Shown here: in pieces, positions 10,118 to 20,933 of the stretch
Layout of the letters: each line of letters starts with the position of its first letter
How positions within the stretch are numbered: the first letter of the stretch is position 1
NCBI GenBank assembly: GCA_021837305.1
Contig: JAKBGV010000001.1
Location: 51,129-115,128, forward strand
Direction of reading: 5' to 3'
Source: Actinomycetes bacterium
Lineage (GTDB): Bacteria; Actinomycetota; Acidimicrobiia; Acidimicrobiales; RAAP-2
DNA: 64,000 bases
Made by a program: the position numbers and the translations under genes
Notes under the pieces: model-generated
Database searches by the model: none
Told to the model about the DNA's origin: nothing
The model's input: only the letters and a program-made list of their open reading frames with translations

Positions 10118-11113
10118 GTGGTCGAGCCGATTCGCTGGGGTGTCCTGGGGACGGGCCGCATCGCCCAGACCTTTGCCCGTGACCTCGCGCTGATAGACGA
10201 CGGCGTGATCGTCGCCGTCGGATCACGTTCGAGGGAGGGGATGGATCGCTACGCCGACGCGTTCAACGTCGCGGGTCGTCACGACTCATACGAGGCGTTG
10301 GTGGAGAACCCCACGGTGGAGGCCGTGTACGTGGCCACCCCACACCCGATGCACGAGCAGAACGCCTTGCTCGCACTGGCGCACGGCAAACACGTGCTCG
10401 TGGAGAAGGCGTTCACGATGAACGCCGGTGAGGCCCGTCACGTGGTCAATGAAGCGCGCGCCCGCGGTCTCTTCGCGATGGAGGCCATGTGGACACGTTT
10501 CTTGCCGCACATTGAGGCGATCCGAGGAATACTCGCGAATGACGCGCTGGGCGCCGTGGTCGCCGTGCACGCCGACCACGGCAAGTGGTTCGAACTCGAT
10601 CCGGGCTTTCGGCTGTTCGCCCCCGAATTGGGCGGGGGCGCAGTGCTTGACCTGGGCGTCTACCCGATCTCGTTCGCGTCGATGGTGCTCGGACGACCGA
10701 ACACCGTCGTCGCGACCATCACGCCGAGCTTCACGGGCGTCGACGGACAGACCTCGATGGTGTTCGGCTACGAGTCTGGGGCGCACGCGGTACTCACGTG
10801 CACCTCGCTCGCACGAAGTGCGACTCGCGCGAGCATTGTGGGTACCGATGCGCGGATCGACGTGGAGGGCGACTTCTACGCGCCGACGGCGTTCACGCTG
10901 ACTCGGCGATCCGGGGAGTCGACCCGTCACGAATTCTCAACCCAGGGACGAGGTCTCCAGTACCAGGCGGTTGAGGTTGCGAGGTGCATCAGGTCCGGTT
11001 TGACCGAAAGTCCCAAGATGCCCTTGGACGAGACGGTCGCGATCATGGAGACGATGGATCGGGTCCTCGCCTTTCAAGAGCGGACGCCGCCAACACGTTC
11101 TGAGGCGACTTGA
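10118..11113 (+). CDS. Gfo/Idh/MocA family oxidoreductase
   Basis: RWGVLGTGRIA, VYVATPH, GKHVLVEK, MEAMWTRF, GGGAVLDLGVYP. Confidence 0.93.
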   Translation: MVEPIRWGVLGTGRIAQTFARDLALIDDGVIVAVGSRSREGMDRYADAFNVAGRHDSYEALVENPTVEAVYVATPHPMHEQNALLALAHGKHVLVEKAFTMNAGEARHVVNEARARGLFAMEAMWTRFLPHIEAIRGILANDALGAVVAVHADHGKWFELDPGFRLFAPELGGGAVLDLGVYPISFASMVLGRPNTVVATITPSFTGVDGQTSMVFGYESGAHAVLTCTSLARSATRASIVGTDARIDVEGDFYAPTAFTLTRRSGESTRHEFSTQGRGLQYQAVEVARCIRSGLTESPKMPLDETVAIMETMDRVLAFQERTPPTRSEAT

Positions 11114-11215
11114 AACGGCTGCGTGGGGGCCAACCCGTGAGTTCGCGGCAAATGTTTTGGGTGGTGGTACAGACGCAAGTTCAGGTGCTATCTTGCTCTT
11201 CGAACGCCGATCACG

Positions 11216-11240
11216 GTTCGTTCATGCAGTGTTAACAAAC
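11216..11240. promoter_or_regulatory. Putative ROK/XylR-type operator upstream of the sugar ABC operon
   Basis: Imperfect palindrome GTTCGTTCA-tgcagtg-TTAACAAAC, about 40 nt before the binding-protein start. Confidence 0.4.
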
Positions 11241-11277
11241 AACGACGTCGCGGGACGTCACAGAAGGGTTGGGGAGA

Positions 11278-12522
11278 ATGAAGTTCAAAACAGCGAGGAC
11301 CCTCGCGTCCGTAGCACTGGTGGGGAGTTTTGTGACTGCCATGCTGCCGGGTGTGAGCTCCGCGAGCGCGAGGACAGTTTCAAACAAGACAGTTTCAGAC
11401 AAGACGTTCAACACGAGTTTCTCGACGATGAAGTATCTGAAGCACATCGCCGCGAAGGGTAAGGGCTCGATTGCGGTCATTTTGCCCGACACCGTGACGT
11501 CGACGCGGTACACCGAGTTTGACGCGCCGTACCTGCGCAAGGCCTTCCTGGCGGCTGGTCTGAAGGGGAACCAGTTCACCATTCAGAACGCCCAGGGCAG
11601 CGACACGACCCAGTACACCGACGCCCAGGCGGCCATCGCCCGTGGCGCCAAGGTGCTGCTGCTCGACCCGCTGGACTCGACGACCGGTGCAGTGATTGAG
11701 GCCTACGCCAGGGCTCGTGGTGTGAAGGTGATCGACTACGACCGCCTGACCCTCGGTGGCGCACGTAGCTACTACGTGAGCTTCAACAACGTGGCCGTCG
11801 GAACGCTCATCGGTAAGGGCATGCTGTCGTGCCTGACCGCGTGGAAGGTCAACAACCCGGTGGTCTACGTCATGAAGGGCGCACCCACGGACAACAACGC
11901 CACGCTGTTCGCCCAGGGCTACGACGCCGTGTTGAACGGTGCCGGCTACAACACGAAGAGCGGCTCGGCTAACACCGTGCTTGAGAACGTCGGGACATGG
12001 ACACCGTCGGTCGCGTTGACTGACTTCCAGGGCGCCTACACGGCGAACCCGAAGATTAACGCGGTCGTCACGCCGAACGACGAGAACGCTGCGCCGATCA
12101 TCAGCTACTTGCAGGGCAAGGGCCTCAAGCCGCAGACGATTCCCTTTACGGGTCAAGACGCGACGCTGACCGGCTTCCAGAACATCATCTCTGGCTACCA
12201 GTGCGGCACCGTCTACAAGCCGATCTGGCTCGAGGCTCAGGCCGCGGCCGCGCTGGCGATCTACCTGCGCGCGGGGATTCGTCCTCCCAAGGGTCTGGTC
12301 AATGGCACATCGATTGACTCGGGTGCGACCATCAACAGCTTGAAGAAGGTCCCGTCGGTCCTTCTGACCGCTGAGTGGGTGACGGCGTCCACCGTTCAGA
12401 AGACGGTCATCAAGGACAAGGTCATCAAGGCTTCACTGCTGTGCACGAGTGCAGCACCCACCGTCGCCGGCTCACCGCAGCCGACGTACGCCCAGGACTG
12501 CGCGAAGTACGGGATTAAGTAG
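11278..12522 (+). CDS. Sugar ABC transporter substrate-binding protein (XylF-like)
   Basis: Signal peptide; VIDYDRL, YYVSFNN..VG, PTDNNA, TGQDA, TVYKPI motifs. Confidence 0.92.
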   Translation: MKFKTARTLASVALVGSFVTAMLPGVSSASARTVSNKTVSDKTFNTSFSTMKYLKHIAAKGKGSIAVILPDTVTSTRYTEFDAPYLRKAFLAAGLKGNQFTIQNAQGSDTTQYTDAQAAIARGAKVLLLDPLDSTTGAVIEAYARARGVKVIDYDRLTLGGARSYYVSFNNVAVGTLIGKGMLSCLTAWKVNNPVVYVMKGAPTDNNATLFAQGYDAVLNGAGYNTKSGSANTVLENVGTWTPSVALTDFQGAYTANPKINAVVTPNDENAAPIISYLQGKGLKPQTIPFTGQDATLTGFQNIISGYQCGTVYKPIWLEAQAAAALAIYLRAGIRPPKGLVNGTSIDSGATINSLKKVPSVLLTAEWVTASTVQKTVIKDKVIKASLLCTSAAPTVAGSPQPTYAQDCAKYGIK

Positions 12523-12531
12523 TTCCTGACG

Positions 12532-13368
12532 ATGACGACGACCCCCGAATCGACGAGTTCCTTCACGCCCCCGAATGGGGTGTCGGTATCCGGTGATTCG
12601 GGGGTCGCGCCATCGACCCTGCTGAGTCTGCGAGGTATCACCAAGAGTTTCGGCGCCGTTGAGGCACTCAAGCACGTCGACCTCGACATTCCCGCCGGCC
12701 AGGTCACGGCGCTCATCGGCGACAACGGTGCCGGTAAGTCGACGCTGATTAAGGCCATAGCTGGCATCTACGCACCAACGAGCGGTGACATCTTCTGGGA
12801 AGGCCGTAAGGTCACCTTGCACACGCCGCGAGACGCCGAGAACCTCGGCATCGCGACGGTGTATCAAGACCTCGCGTTGTGCGACAACCTCGACATCGTC
12901 CAGAACATGTACTTGGGTCACGAAGAGAGTCGCCACTTCACGTTGGACGAGATCAAGATGGAGCTCAACACCAAACGTGTGTTGAGCGAGCTGTCCGTTT
13001 CAACCGTCCAGTCGGTTCGTCAGCTGGTCGGGTCGCTCTCGGGCGGCCAGCGACAGGCGATCGCCGTGGCGAGGGCGGTCATGCACGAGTCCAAACTGGT
13101 CATCATGGACGAGCCGACGGCCGCGCTGGGCGTCTCGCAGACGGCGCAAGTCCTCGATCTGATCAAGCGACTGGCGTCGCGCGGTATCGCCGTGCTCGTC
13201 ATCTCACACAACCTCGTCGATGTCTTCGAGGTCGCCGACCGGATCGCGGTCATGTACCTCGGCACGCTTGTCAGTAGCGGCCCAGCTGCCAACTACGACA
13301 CCTCGAGCGCGGTGGAGATCATCACCACGGGTGGTTCACGGTCTGATGTCGCGGCCTCGGCCAAGTAA
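12532..13368 (+). CDS. Sugar ABC transporter ATP-binding protein (single domain)
   Basis: GDNGAGKST, VYQDLAL, LSGGQRQ, IMDEPTAALG, ISH. Confidence 0.95.
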   Translation: MTTTPESTSSFTPPNGVSVSGDSGVAPSTLLSLRGITKSFGAVEALKHVDLDIPAGQVTALIGDNGAGKSTLIKAIAGIYAPTSGDIFWEGRKVTLHTPRDAENLGIATVYQDLALCDNLDIVQNMYLGHEESRHFTLDEIKMELNTKRVLSELSVSTVQSVRQLVGSLSGGQRQAIAVARAVMHESKLVIMDEPTAALGVSQTAQVLDLIKRLASRGIAVLVISHNLVDVFEVADRIAVMYLGTLVSSGPAANYDTSSAVEIITTGGSRSDVAASAK

Positions 13369-13391
13369 GTACACGAACAAAGGATTCTTCG

Positions 13392-14630
13392 GTGTCTGAC
13401 ACTTCCGAGACCTCGGTCGCCGTGGGCCCCAGCGCTGACGGTGCCCTACGAGGCCAACTCAAGCGACTCCGTCAGGGAGACAAGGGACTCCTGCCCATTC
13501 TCCTCGGGCTCATCGTCCTGGTCATCTACTTCCAGATACGCAACAGCGTCTTCCTCTCATCGGGGAACCTGACCAACCTCTTCGTCCAGGCGACGATCTT
13601 CATCCTGCTGGCGATGGCCGAGATCTGGCTGCTCCTGCTCGGTGAGATTGACCTCTCCGTCGGTTTCGTGAGCGCACTCGGTGCCACGACGGCGGTGATC
13701 CTGCTCGACAATCAATTCCACTGGCCGTGGTTCGCCGCACTACCGCTCGCGATACTCGTCACCACGACCATCGGCACGTTGCAGGGCTTCATTATCATCA
13801 AGCTGCGTCTGCCCTCCTTCATTGTCACCTTGGCCGGTCTGCTCGGGTGGGAGGGCGTGCTCATCTTCTTCGTCGACCGTCAGGGGACGGGTGGGACCAT
13901 CCCGGTGCAGGAGAAGGTCCTCTACGACCTCGTCAACGCGAATCTCTCGCCATTGTGGACGTGGATCTTCGTCCTCGCGTGTCTGGCAGTACTGATCTAC
14001 CTCATCGTGCGGCGAGACCAGTCGCGTCGTACGAGCGGACTCGATTCGGTGCCTCATTTCGTTACGATCGCCAAAGCCGTGTCGCTCATCGTCGCGGGCT
14101 TGGTGCTGGTCATGATCTTCAATCGGAATCGTGGCACCTTCATTGTGTTGGAGGGTATGCCCTACGCAATCCCCGTCGACATCGCAATGCTCGCCGCCGG
14201 GAGTTTCATCCTGACGCGCACGAGGGTGGGGCGTTACATCTACGCGATCGGTGGCAATTCCGAGGCGGCCCGACGCGCGGGCGTGAACGTCAATCGATAT
14301 CGACTGCTCGCCTTCGTATTCACAGGTTTTACCGCGGGAGTCGCCGGTCTGATCTACGCGTCGCGCCTGGGTGGGATCTCGGACAACGTCGACCCCAACC
14401 TCGTCCTACTCGCGGTGGCGTCAGCAGTCATCGGCGGAACCAGCCTGTTCGGTGGGCGAGGCAAGATGATCCACGCGGTCATCGGTGGACTGGTGATCGC
14501 GACGATCTATAACGGTATGGCGCTGATCAGTATGAGCGCGGCGACGCAGTACATCGCCACGGCCCTCGTGCTGTTGGTCGCGGTAGCGATGGACGCGGTC
14601 GCCCGACGCGGCTCGTCGCCTTCGCGCTAA
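13392..14630 (+). CDS. Sugar ABC transporter permease (XylH-like)
   Basis: GEIDLSVG, PSFIVTL, GRYIYAIGGNSEAARRAG, AVIGGTSLFGGRG; multiple TM segments. Confidence 0.94.
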   Translation: MSDTSETSVAVGPSADGALRGQLKRLRQGDKGLLPILLGLIVLVIYFQIRNSVFLSSGNLTNLFVQATIFILLAMAEIWLLLLGEIDLSVGFVSALGATTAVILLDNQFHWPWFAALPLAILVTTTIGTLQGFIIIKLRLPSFIVTLAGLLGWEGVLIFFVDRQGTGGTIPVQEKVLYDLVNANLSPLWTWIFVLACLAVLIYLIVRRDQSRRTSGLDSVPHFVTIAKAVSLIVAGLVLVMIFNRNRGTFIVLEGMPYAIPVDIAMLAAGSFILTRTRVGRYIYAIGGNSEAARRAGVNVNRYRLLAFVFTGFTAGVAGLIYASRLGGISDNVDPNLVLLAVASAVIGGTSLFGGRGKMIHAVIGGLVIATIYNGMALISMSAATQYIATALVLLVAVAMDAVARRGSSPSR

Positions 14631-14634
14631 AGCG

Positions 14635-15408
14635 GTGCCGCGCGAGACTGGTCGACTGGAGGACCGCGTCGTCCTCGTGACGGGGGCGAGTCGCGGTATC
14701 GGACTGGCGATTGCGCGAGCGTGCGCGAACGAGGGCGCCCGCGTGGTGATCACGGCGCGCCACTTCGATGAGCTCGAATCGGCGCGAGCGACGTTCCCCG
14801 ACGAGTCGCGGGTCTTCATCCGCACGTCGCACGCGGGGTCGCGCGAGAGCGCGATCGACCTCGCAGCGTGGGCGGTGGCGACCTGTGGTTCGCTGGACGT
14901 CCTCGTGAACAACGCGGCCACCAATCCATACTTCGGGCCACTCGTGGACATCGACGACGCGAGGATGGCCAAAACCTACGAAGTCAATCAGGCCGCGATC
15001 GTCACCCACGTGTCAGCGGCGTGGTACGCGTGGATGCGCGAGCACGGCGGCGTCGTGCTCAACGTTGCCTCGATCGGGGGACTCTCGGTCGAGCCGGGGA
15101 TCGGCTGGTACAACGTGACCAAGGCGGCCGTCATCCAGCTCACGAAGCAGTTCGCGTGGGAACTCGCGCCCAACGTCCGCGTGAACGCGATCGCGCCGGG
15201 GCTGGTCCGCACCGCATTCGCCCGCGGACTCTGGGAAGAGCACGAGCCCGCCGTGGCGGCCAATATCCCCCTCGGACGCATCGGCGAACCCGAGGACGTC
15301 GCGTCACTCGCGGTGACCCTGGTTAGCGAGGACTCGTCCTGGGTGACCGGCCAGACATTCGTGGTCGACGGCGGGACCACGACGAAACCTTCGGGCGGCG
15401 TCAGCTGA
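14635..15408 (+). CDS. Short-chain dehydrogenase/reductase
   Basis: TGASRGIG, NNAA, YNVTK catalytic motif, VRVNAIAPG, GQTFVVDGG. Confidence 0.94.
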   Translation: MPRETGRLEDRVVLVTGASRGIGLAIARACANEGARVVITARHFDELESARATFPDESRVFIRTSHAGSRESAIDLAAWAVATCGSLDVLVNNAATNPYFGPLVDIDDARMAKTYEVNQAAIVTHVSAAWYAWMREHGGVVLNVASIGGLSVEPGIGWYNVTKAAVIQLTKQFAWELAPNVRVNAIAPGLVRTAFARGLWEEHEPAVAANIPLGRIGEPEDVASLAVTLVSEDSSWVTGQTFVVDGGTTTKPSGGVS

Positions 15409-15411
15409 CCG

Positions 15412-16521
15412 TCACTGCAGGTAGGGCAGGTCGCTGCGACGTATCTTGCCGTTGCCCGTCCTCGGGATGGCAGTGACGTAACGGATCTCCTTGGGCTTGG
15501 CCCAGGGCCCGATCCGTTCGGCGGCGACGCCGCGGATCTCATCGTCCACGTGTTCGCCGTCGCTGACCACAAGGGCTACTACGCGTTGGCCCCACTGGGG
15601 GTCGTCGATCCCCGTGACGGCGACGTCACGGATGTGGTCGAGACTCGCGAGGGCGCTCTCGAGGTCCTCAGGCCACACCTTCTCACCACCAGTGTTGATC
15701 ACGTAGGCGAGTCGTCCGCGTACGGCGAGGTGCCCGTCGATGACGGTCCCACCGTCCCCGGTCGGGAACCAGTCGTCAGCACCGTCGGGACCGACGATCC
15801 GCGGGCGGTCCATGGAACGGTACGAACGAAAGAGTGTCGGCGATCGTACGATGATCTCTCCGTCGACACTGGCCAGTTCGACGCCGGGCAACGCTTCGGT
15901 GTTATAGACGACGCCCGAGCCGGTCTCGGTCATGCCCCACGTGGTGATCACGTTCGCCTCCGTGAGCGACGGCGGGCGTGCACCACCCAGCAAGACCACC
16001 TCGAACCCGCTTAAGTCGTGGCGCGCGAGATGGGTTCGCACCACCGAGACGTGCGTCGCTCCTCGGGCGAGCGCACCGTGGAAGTCGGTCGGATCACCCC
16101 AGGTCAGGGAGGCGTCGTCGAGTATCGCCCGCAGGAGCACGGCGAGCCCACCAATGTGGTTGGCGGGTAGGACGGGGAACCACACCGGGTCAGACCCGTG
16201 GCGAAGCGTGGCCTGGGTGATATGGGCGCTCGCGCGCAGCGCCGCCCACGTGATCTCGGCGGCCTTAGGTGGTCCACTCGACCCCGAGGTCAACATGACT
16301 AGTCCGATCTCATCGTCGACGGCACGACCAGTGCTCAACCTGGTTCGGCCGTCGGGACCCCAGCACACCGTCGCGCCCAGCGCGCTGAGTTGTTCCAGAC
16401 GTTGGCGGGCGCTCAGGCGTTGGTCGAGGACGCAGAATGCGGTGGCGTCCTCGACGCAGTCGCGCAGTGCACGTTCCAGGTCCGGGCCGAGTTCAAAGTC
16501 GAGTGCGAGGAGATCGGCCAC
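15412..16521 (-). CDS. menE: o-succinylbenzoate-CoA ligase
   Basis: AMP-binding TSGSSGPPK, WGMTET, INTGGEKV, PRTGNGKI; lies within the men cluster. Confidence 0.85.
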   Translation of the reverse strand: MADLLALDFELGPDLERALRDCVEDATAFCVLDQRLSARQRLEQLSALGATVCWGPDGRTRLSTGRAVDDEIGLVMLTSGSSGPPKAAEITWAALRASAHITQATLRHGSDPVWFPVLPANHIGGLAVLLRAILDDASLTWGDPTDFHGALARGATHVSVVRTHLARHDLSGFEVVLLGGARPPSLTEANVITTWGMTETGSGVVYNTEALPGVELASVDGEIIVRSPTLFRSYRSMDRPRIVGPDGADDWFPTGDGGTVIDGHLAVRGRLAYVINTGGEKVWPEDLESALASLDHIRDVAVTGIDDPQWGQRVVALVVSDGEHVDDEIRGVAAERIGPWAKPKEIRYVTAIPRTGNGKIRRSDLPYLQ

Positions 16522-16757
16522 GAGTCGATGTTAGGGGGCGTGCGCGGCGTAGTTCGAGGTCGTGGCACGGGTGGCGGGGCTGGCCGGTCACGAACGAGCG
16601 GCCGGGGTCGCGTGAGGGTCACCATCGGGCTCGGCCCAGTCGGTCGAGGTACCGAAGCAGCGATTCGGCGTACCCGGGGCGATCCGGTGTCGTGCGAGAA
16701 GTCCGTGAATCTCGTCCCTAGGTCGCGCCGCACGAGCGCGGCGGTAGCGTGGTCGCC

Positions 16758-17651
16758 ATGACTGAGACCGTTATCCAAGGACCGCCAGTAGACCCCGTGG
16801 ATCAGTTCCGCACGATGCCGCTGCCCGAGTGGCAGGTTGAGGGGGAGTACGGCGACATCATCTACGAGGTGGGCGAGGGGATCGCGCGGATCACGATCAA
16901 CCGACCCGAGCGGCGTAACGCCTTTCGTCCTCAGACGCTGTTCGAGCTCGCCGACGCCTTCGAGCGTGCCCGGGACAATACCGCGGTCGGCGTGATCGTG
17001 TTGACCGGTGCCGGCCCCGACGCGTTCTGCTCAGGCGGCGACCAGAATATTCGAGGCGAGGACGGCTATATCGGTGATGACGATGTCGCACGGCAGGGAA
17101 TCGGTCGGTTGAACGTACTGGACCTACAGGTCCAAATCAGACGGTTGCCCAAGCCCGTCATCGCCTCCATCGCCGGGTACGCGATCGGCGGTGGGCACAT
17201 CTTGCATCTGGTGTGCGACCTCTCCATCGCGGCCGACAACGCTCGTTTTGGTCAGACTGGCCCGAAAGTGGGCTCCTTTGACGGTGGCTACGGCTCGTCG
17301 CTGCTCGCGCGCTCGATCGGTCTCAAGCGCGCCAAGGAGGTCTGGTTCCTTTGTCGCCAGTACGACGCCGCGACGGCGCTCGACTGGGGGCTCGTGAATA
17401 CTGTGGTGCCCTTAGCGGACCTCGAGGCCGAGACCGTCGCGTGGTGCCGACAGATCCTCACCCTGTCGCCAATTGCGCTGCGCATGCTTAAGGCCGGTTT
17501 CAACGCCGCCGACGACGGGTTGGCGGGAGTTCAACAATTGGCTGGGGATGCGACGATGCTCTTCTACATGTCCGAAGAGGGACAGGAAGGCCGTAACGCT
17601 TTCGTCGAGCATCGTGCACCGGATTTCTCGAAGTTTCCCAAGCGTCCATGA
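16758..17651 (+). CDS. menB: 1,4-dihydroxy-2-naphthoyl-CoA synthase
   Basis: [40 protein letters not shown]. Confidence 0.97.
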   Translation: MTETVIQGPPVDPVDQFRTMPLPEWQVEGEYGDIIYEVGEGIARITINRPERRNAFRPQTLFELADAFERARDNTAVGVIVLTGAGPDAFCSGGDQNIRGEDGYIGDDDVARQGIGRLNVLDLQVQIRRLPKPVIASIAGYAIGGGHILHLVCDLSIAADNARFGQTGPKVGSFDGGYGSSLLARSIGLKRAKEVWFLCRQYDAATALDWGLVNTVVPLADLEAETVAWCRQILTLSPIALRMLKAGFNAADDGLAGVQQLAGDATMLFYMSEEGQEGRNAFVEHRAPDFSKFPKRP

Positions 17652-18517
17652 CGCCAGCCCCCGGGGCCATCAATCGGTGGGTGCTCGCCGCGCGGCCGCG
17701 GACCTTGCCCGCAGCCGTCGTACCGGTCGGGGTGGGGGCCGCGCTGGTGCGACCCGAGACCATCAATTGGCTCAATACCGCCCTCGCGGCCGCGGTGGCG
17801 TTGCTGCTACAGATCGGAACCAACTACGCCAATGACTACTCTGACGGCGTGCGTGGCACCGATGAACAGCGCGTCGGGCCTTTTCGCCTCACGGCGTCCA
17901 AACTGGTACCCGCCAGGTGGGTGAAGATCGCCGCTTTCGCGTGCTTCGCGCTCGCGGCGGTGGCGGGACTCGGGCTCGCGGCTCGGACGTCGTGGTGGCT
18001 GATCGCCCTGGGGGCGAGTGCGATACTCGCGGGCTACCTCTACACCGGTGGTCCGAAGCCCTACGGCTACCTGGGGCTCGGTGAGCTCTTCGTGCTGCTC
18101 TACTTCGGACTACTCGCCACGGTCGGCACGGCCTACGTCCAGCACCGTCAGGTCATCGGTGCGGCGTGGTGGATCGGTCTGGCCACGGGCGCGATGGCGT
18201 GTGCACTCCTAGAGGCGAACAATCTGCGCGACGTCCTCGGGGACGTAGCGGCCGGCAAGCGCACCCTCGCGGCACGCCTGGGCCGTGAGCGGGGCGCGTG
18301 GCTGTTCGTCGCGTGCGTCGCGCTCGTGGCGATCGGGCTCGCGGCCGGCGGCGAACCGATAGTCGCGCTCGTCGCGCTCGTCGCCTACGTCCCGGGCGTA
18401 CGCATGGCGTTCTCGCCGCGTCGCGGGCGAGAACTCCTCGCGCTGCTCCAATCGTCTTCGCGTGTCCAGTTGGCGCTCGGGGCACTACTCATCGTGGTGT
18501 ACGTGGCCACCCGTTAG
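17648..18517 (+). CDS. menA: 1,4-dihydroxy-2-naphthoate polyprenyltransferase
   Basis: [40 protein letters not shown]...GKRTLA. Confidence 0.95.
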   Translation: MTPAPGAINRWVLAARPRTLPAAVVPVGVGAALVRPETINWLNTALAAAVALLLQIGTNYANDYSDGVRGTDEQRVGPFRLTASKLVPARWVKIAAFACFALAAVAGLGLAARTSWWLIALGASAILAGYLYTGGPKPYGYLGLGELFVLLYFGLLATVGTAYVQHRQVIGAAWWIGLATGAMACALLEANNLRDVLGDVAAGKRTLAARLGRERGAWLFVACVALVAIGLAAGGEPIVALVALVAYVPGVRMAFSPRRGRELLALLQSSSRVQLALGALLIVVYVATR

Positions 18518-19257
18518 GCGAGGAAACCGTTCACGTACCTCGCGACGAGTTCGGGCTGGGCCAGGTGGGCGGCGTGCCCGGCGCGTTCGACGGTCACCGC
18601 CGTGCCCGTAACCACGCCCGCGGCGATTGCCCGGGCCTCGCTCGCGAACTTGAGATCAAGTTCACCGGCCAGCGCGAGGGTGGGGGCCGTGATCGACCCA
18701 ATGCGATCGCCGAGCCACGCCTGGGTTCCCGTGCCACAGCGGCGCAGCGACTCGGCGAGTCCGCGAGGGTCGCGACTTCGACTGGCGAGCTCCGTGGGGT
18801 CCTGCGCGAGGTCGGCGAACAGCGGTTGAGCGAGCCATTCGCGAAGGAACACCTCCGCGCCGACGTCCTCGATGTGGTCGGCCAGGGCGTCGTCACGACG
18901 GCGTCGATCCTCACGCTGCGACGGGTTCTCGATACCGCGCGTCGCGCCGAGCAGGACGAGACGAGAGACCGATTCGGGGTGGCGAAGCGCCACGTGGAGC
19001 GCGACGCGTGCGCCGAAGGAGTAGCCGCCGAGATCGCAGGGTCCACCCATGGCCTCGGCGACCAGGTCGGCGCATTCGTCGAGGGAGGCCCACACCGTCG
19101 CGGCCGCGCCGTGGCCCGGGAGGTCGAGTGTCCAGAGTTCGCGCGTCTCTGTCAGAATGGAACGGAACTGGGCCGCGGATCGACTGGTTTGGGTGAAGCC
19201 GTGGAGCCAGGCGAGCACGGGCCCATTGCCCTCACGTTCGACCTTGAGGAGTGACAT
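18514..19257 (-). CDS. menH: Alpha/beta hydrolase, SHCHC synthase
   Basis: LHGFTQ, DLPGHG, GYSFG nucleophile, WLAQPLF, GELDLKF, AGHAAH; true start taken as ATG 19257 (MSLLKV). Confidence 0.88.
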   Translation of the reverse strand: MSLLKVEREGNGPVLAWLHGFTQTSRSAAQFRSILTETRELWTLDLPGHGAAATVWASLDECADLVAEAMGGPCDLGGYSFGARVALHVALRHPESVSRLVLLGATRGIENPSQREDRRRRDDALADHIEDVGAEVFLREWLAQPLFADLAQDPTELASRSRDPRGLAESLRRCGTGTQAWLGDRIGSITAPTLALAGELDLKFASEARAIAAGVVTGTAVTVERAGHAAHLAQPELVARYVNGFLA

Positions 19258-20933
19258 TGCAATCGAGCGTACCGAACCCGAGCGCCGTGCAGGCCACCTT
19301 CGCCGCGACCCTTTTTGACGAGTGGTACCGCCATGGGCTGCGTGAGGTGGTCGTGTGCCCGGGCTCGCGGTCCACGCCGCTCGCGGTCGCCGCGGCCGGA
19401 CACGGCGGCTTGGCCGTACACGTGCGGGTGGACGAGCGCAGTGCGGGATTCTTCGCCATCGGCCGTGCGCTCGCGACGTCGGCACCGGTCGCGATCGTCG
19501 TGACGAGCGGGACTGCCGCGGCCGAACTCCACGCGGCGGTCGCCGAGGCGGACCTCGCCGGCGTGGCGCTGCTCGTGGTGACGGCCGACCGGCCGAGCGA
19601 ACTCCACGGGGTTGGTGCCCCCCAAACGATCGAGCAGCGGGACCTCTATCAGTTCGCGGTGCGTCGTTTCGAGGAGCCCGGTGTGGCGAGACTCGAGGCG
19701 TCATCGAGTTGGCGGCCCCTGGCGAGCCGGTGCTGGTGGGCCGCGGTCGGTGTCGACGGCGGGGGCGGTCCCGTACACATCAACGTCGCCTTCGTCGAGC
19801 CTCTCGTCGCGGATCCGCTGCAGTTACCAAGTGGGCGCGTCGATGGCGAGCCGTGGCGTCGGGACGAACCGCAACACGTGCTCACGGGTGAGATCGACGT
19901 TCGTGGCCGGCGCGTGCTCGCCGTGGTCGGCCGAGGCGTCGACCGTGGGACGGTGGCGTCGATGAACGACTGCGGGTGGGCCGTCGTCGGTGACGCGACG
20001 GTGCCTTCGACCATCGCGCACTACGACGGTCTACTTCGCGATCCGAGTTTCGCTGACGCGGCACGTCCTGACGTCGTCGTACGTCTGGGGGGTCTGCCCG
20101 CCTCAAAAGTCCTCGGCGAGCAGCTTCGACGCTGGCGCATCCCGGCCGTGGCCTGGCGCGGTGGTGGCTCGCTGAGCGATCCGGACGGCACGATCGGTGT
20201 GTCCTACCCGGGGCTGCCCGATTTCGCCGAGCGACGTTTGCACGCCGATGATGCCTACCGCGAGTTCTGGTTGGGCGCCGCAACCGCGGTCGAACAGTGG
20301 TTGGCGGGACGCGAGTCGCTCGACGGGACACTGAGCGAACCTGACGTGGCCCGAGCGGTGGTTGTGGCCAGCTCCGAACACGCGGTGGCGTTGGTGGTCG
20401 GGTCCTCCATGCCCGTGCGTGACGTCGAGTGGTGGGCGCCGTCGCGAACGTCACCGACGTTCGCCAACCGTGGCGCCAACGGGATCGACGGTGTTGTGTC
20501 GACGGTGCTCGGCGTTGGATCCGGCGGTTCGGTGATCGGACTGGTCGGCGATGTGACCTTTCTGCACGACGTCTCGGGACTGGTGGACGGTCTGGGCGCC
20601 AGCGGTGGCCGGTGCGTGCTCGTCGTCGTGGACAACAACGGCGGCGGGATCTTCTCGTTCCTGTCCCAGGCGACCGCGCTGAGCGCACCGGACTTCGAAA
20701 TGCTCTTTGGCACCCCGCGACCGCACGACCTCGAGGCCGTCGCGCGTGCGTTCGGCCATCGGGCGGTCTCGGTTAGCACTAGAGCGGCGTTGCGGGCGGA
20801 GATCGACGCTGGTCTACTTCGTGAGGGCGTCACGGTGGTCGTCGCGCGCGTGCCCGATCGCACCGCCAACGTGACCATCCACGACGAGTACGTGGCCGGC
20901 GTCGCGGGTTCCTGGCGGTCGAACCCCTCGTGA
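19251..20933 (+). CDS. menD: SEPHCHC synthase
   Basis: CPGSRSTPL, DERSAGFFAIG, TSGTAAA, TADRP, NRGANGIDG, GD..FLHD..NNGGGIF. Start may be TTG 19257. Confidence 0.96.
   Translation: MTLQSSVPNPSAVQATFAATLFDEWYRHGLREVVVCPGSRSTPLAVAAAGHGGLAVHVRVDERSAGFFAIGRALATSAPVAIVVTSGTAAAELHAAVAEADLAGVALLVVTADRPSELHGVGAPQTIEQRDLYQFAVRRFEEPGVARLEASSSWRPLASRCWWAAVGVDGGGGPVHINVAFVEPLVADPLQLPSGRVDGEPWRRDEPQHVLTGEIDVRGRRVLAVVGRGVDRGTVASMNDCGWAVVGDATVPSTIAHYDGLLRDPSFADAARPDVVVRLGGLPASKVLGEQLRRWRIPAVAWRGGGSLSDPDGTIGVSYPGLPDFAERRLHADDAYREFWLGAATAVEQWLAGRESLDGTLSEPDVARAVVVASSEHAVALVVGSSMPVRDVEWWAPSRTSPTFANRGANGIDGVVSTVLGVGSGGSVIGLVGDVTFLHDVSGLVDGLGASGGRCVLVVVDNNGGGIFSFLSQATALSAPDFEMLFGTPRPHDLEAVARAFGHRAVSVSTRAALRAEIDAGLLREGVTVVVARVPDRTANVTIHDEYVAGVAGSWRSNPS

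Noticed and set aside
19258-19704. Arg/Pro-rich N-terminal extension of menH in the ORF track
   Set aside because: Antisense to menD; hydrolase similarity begins at ATG 19257.
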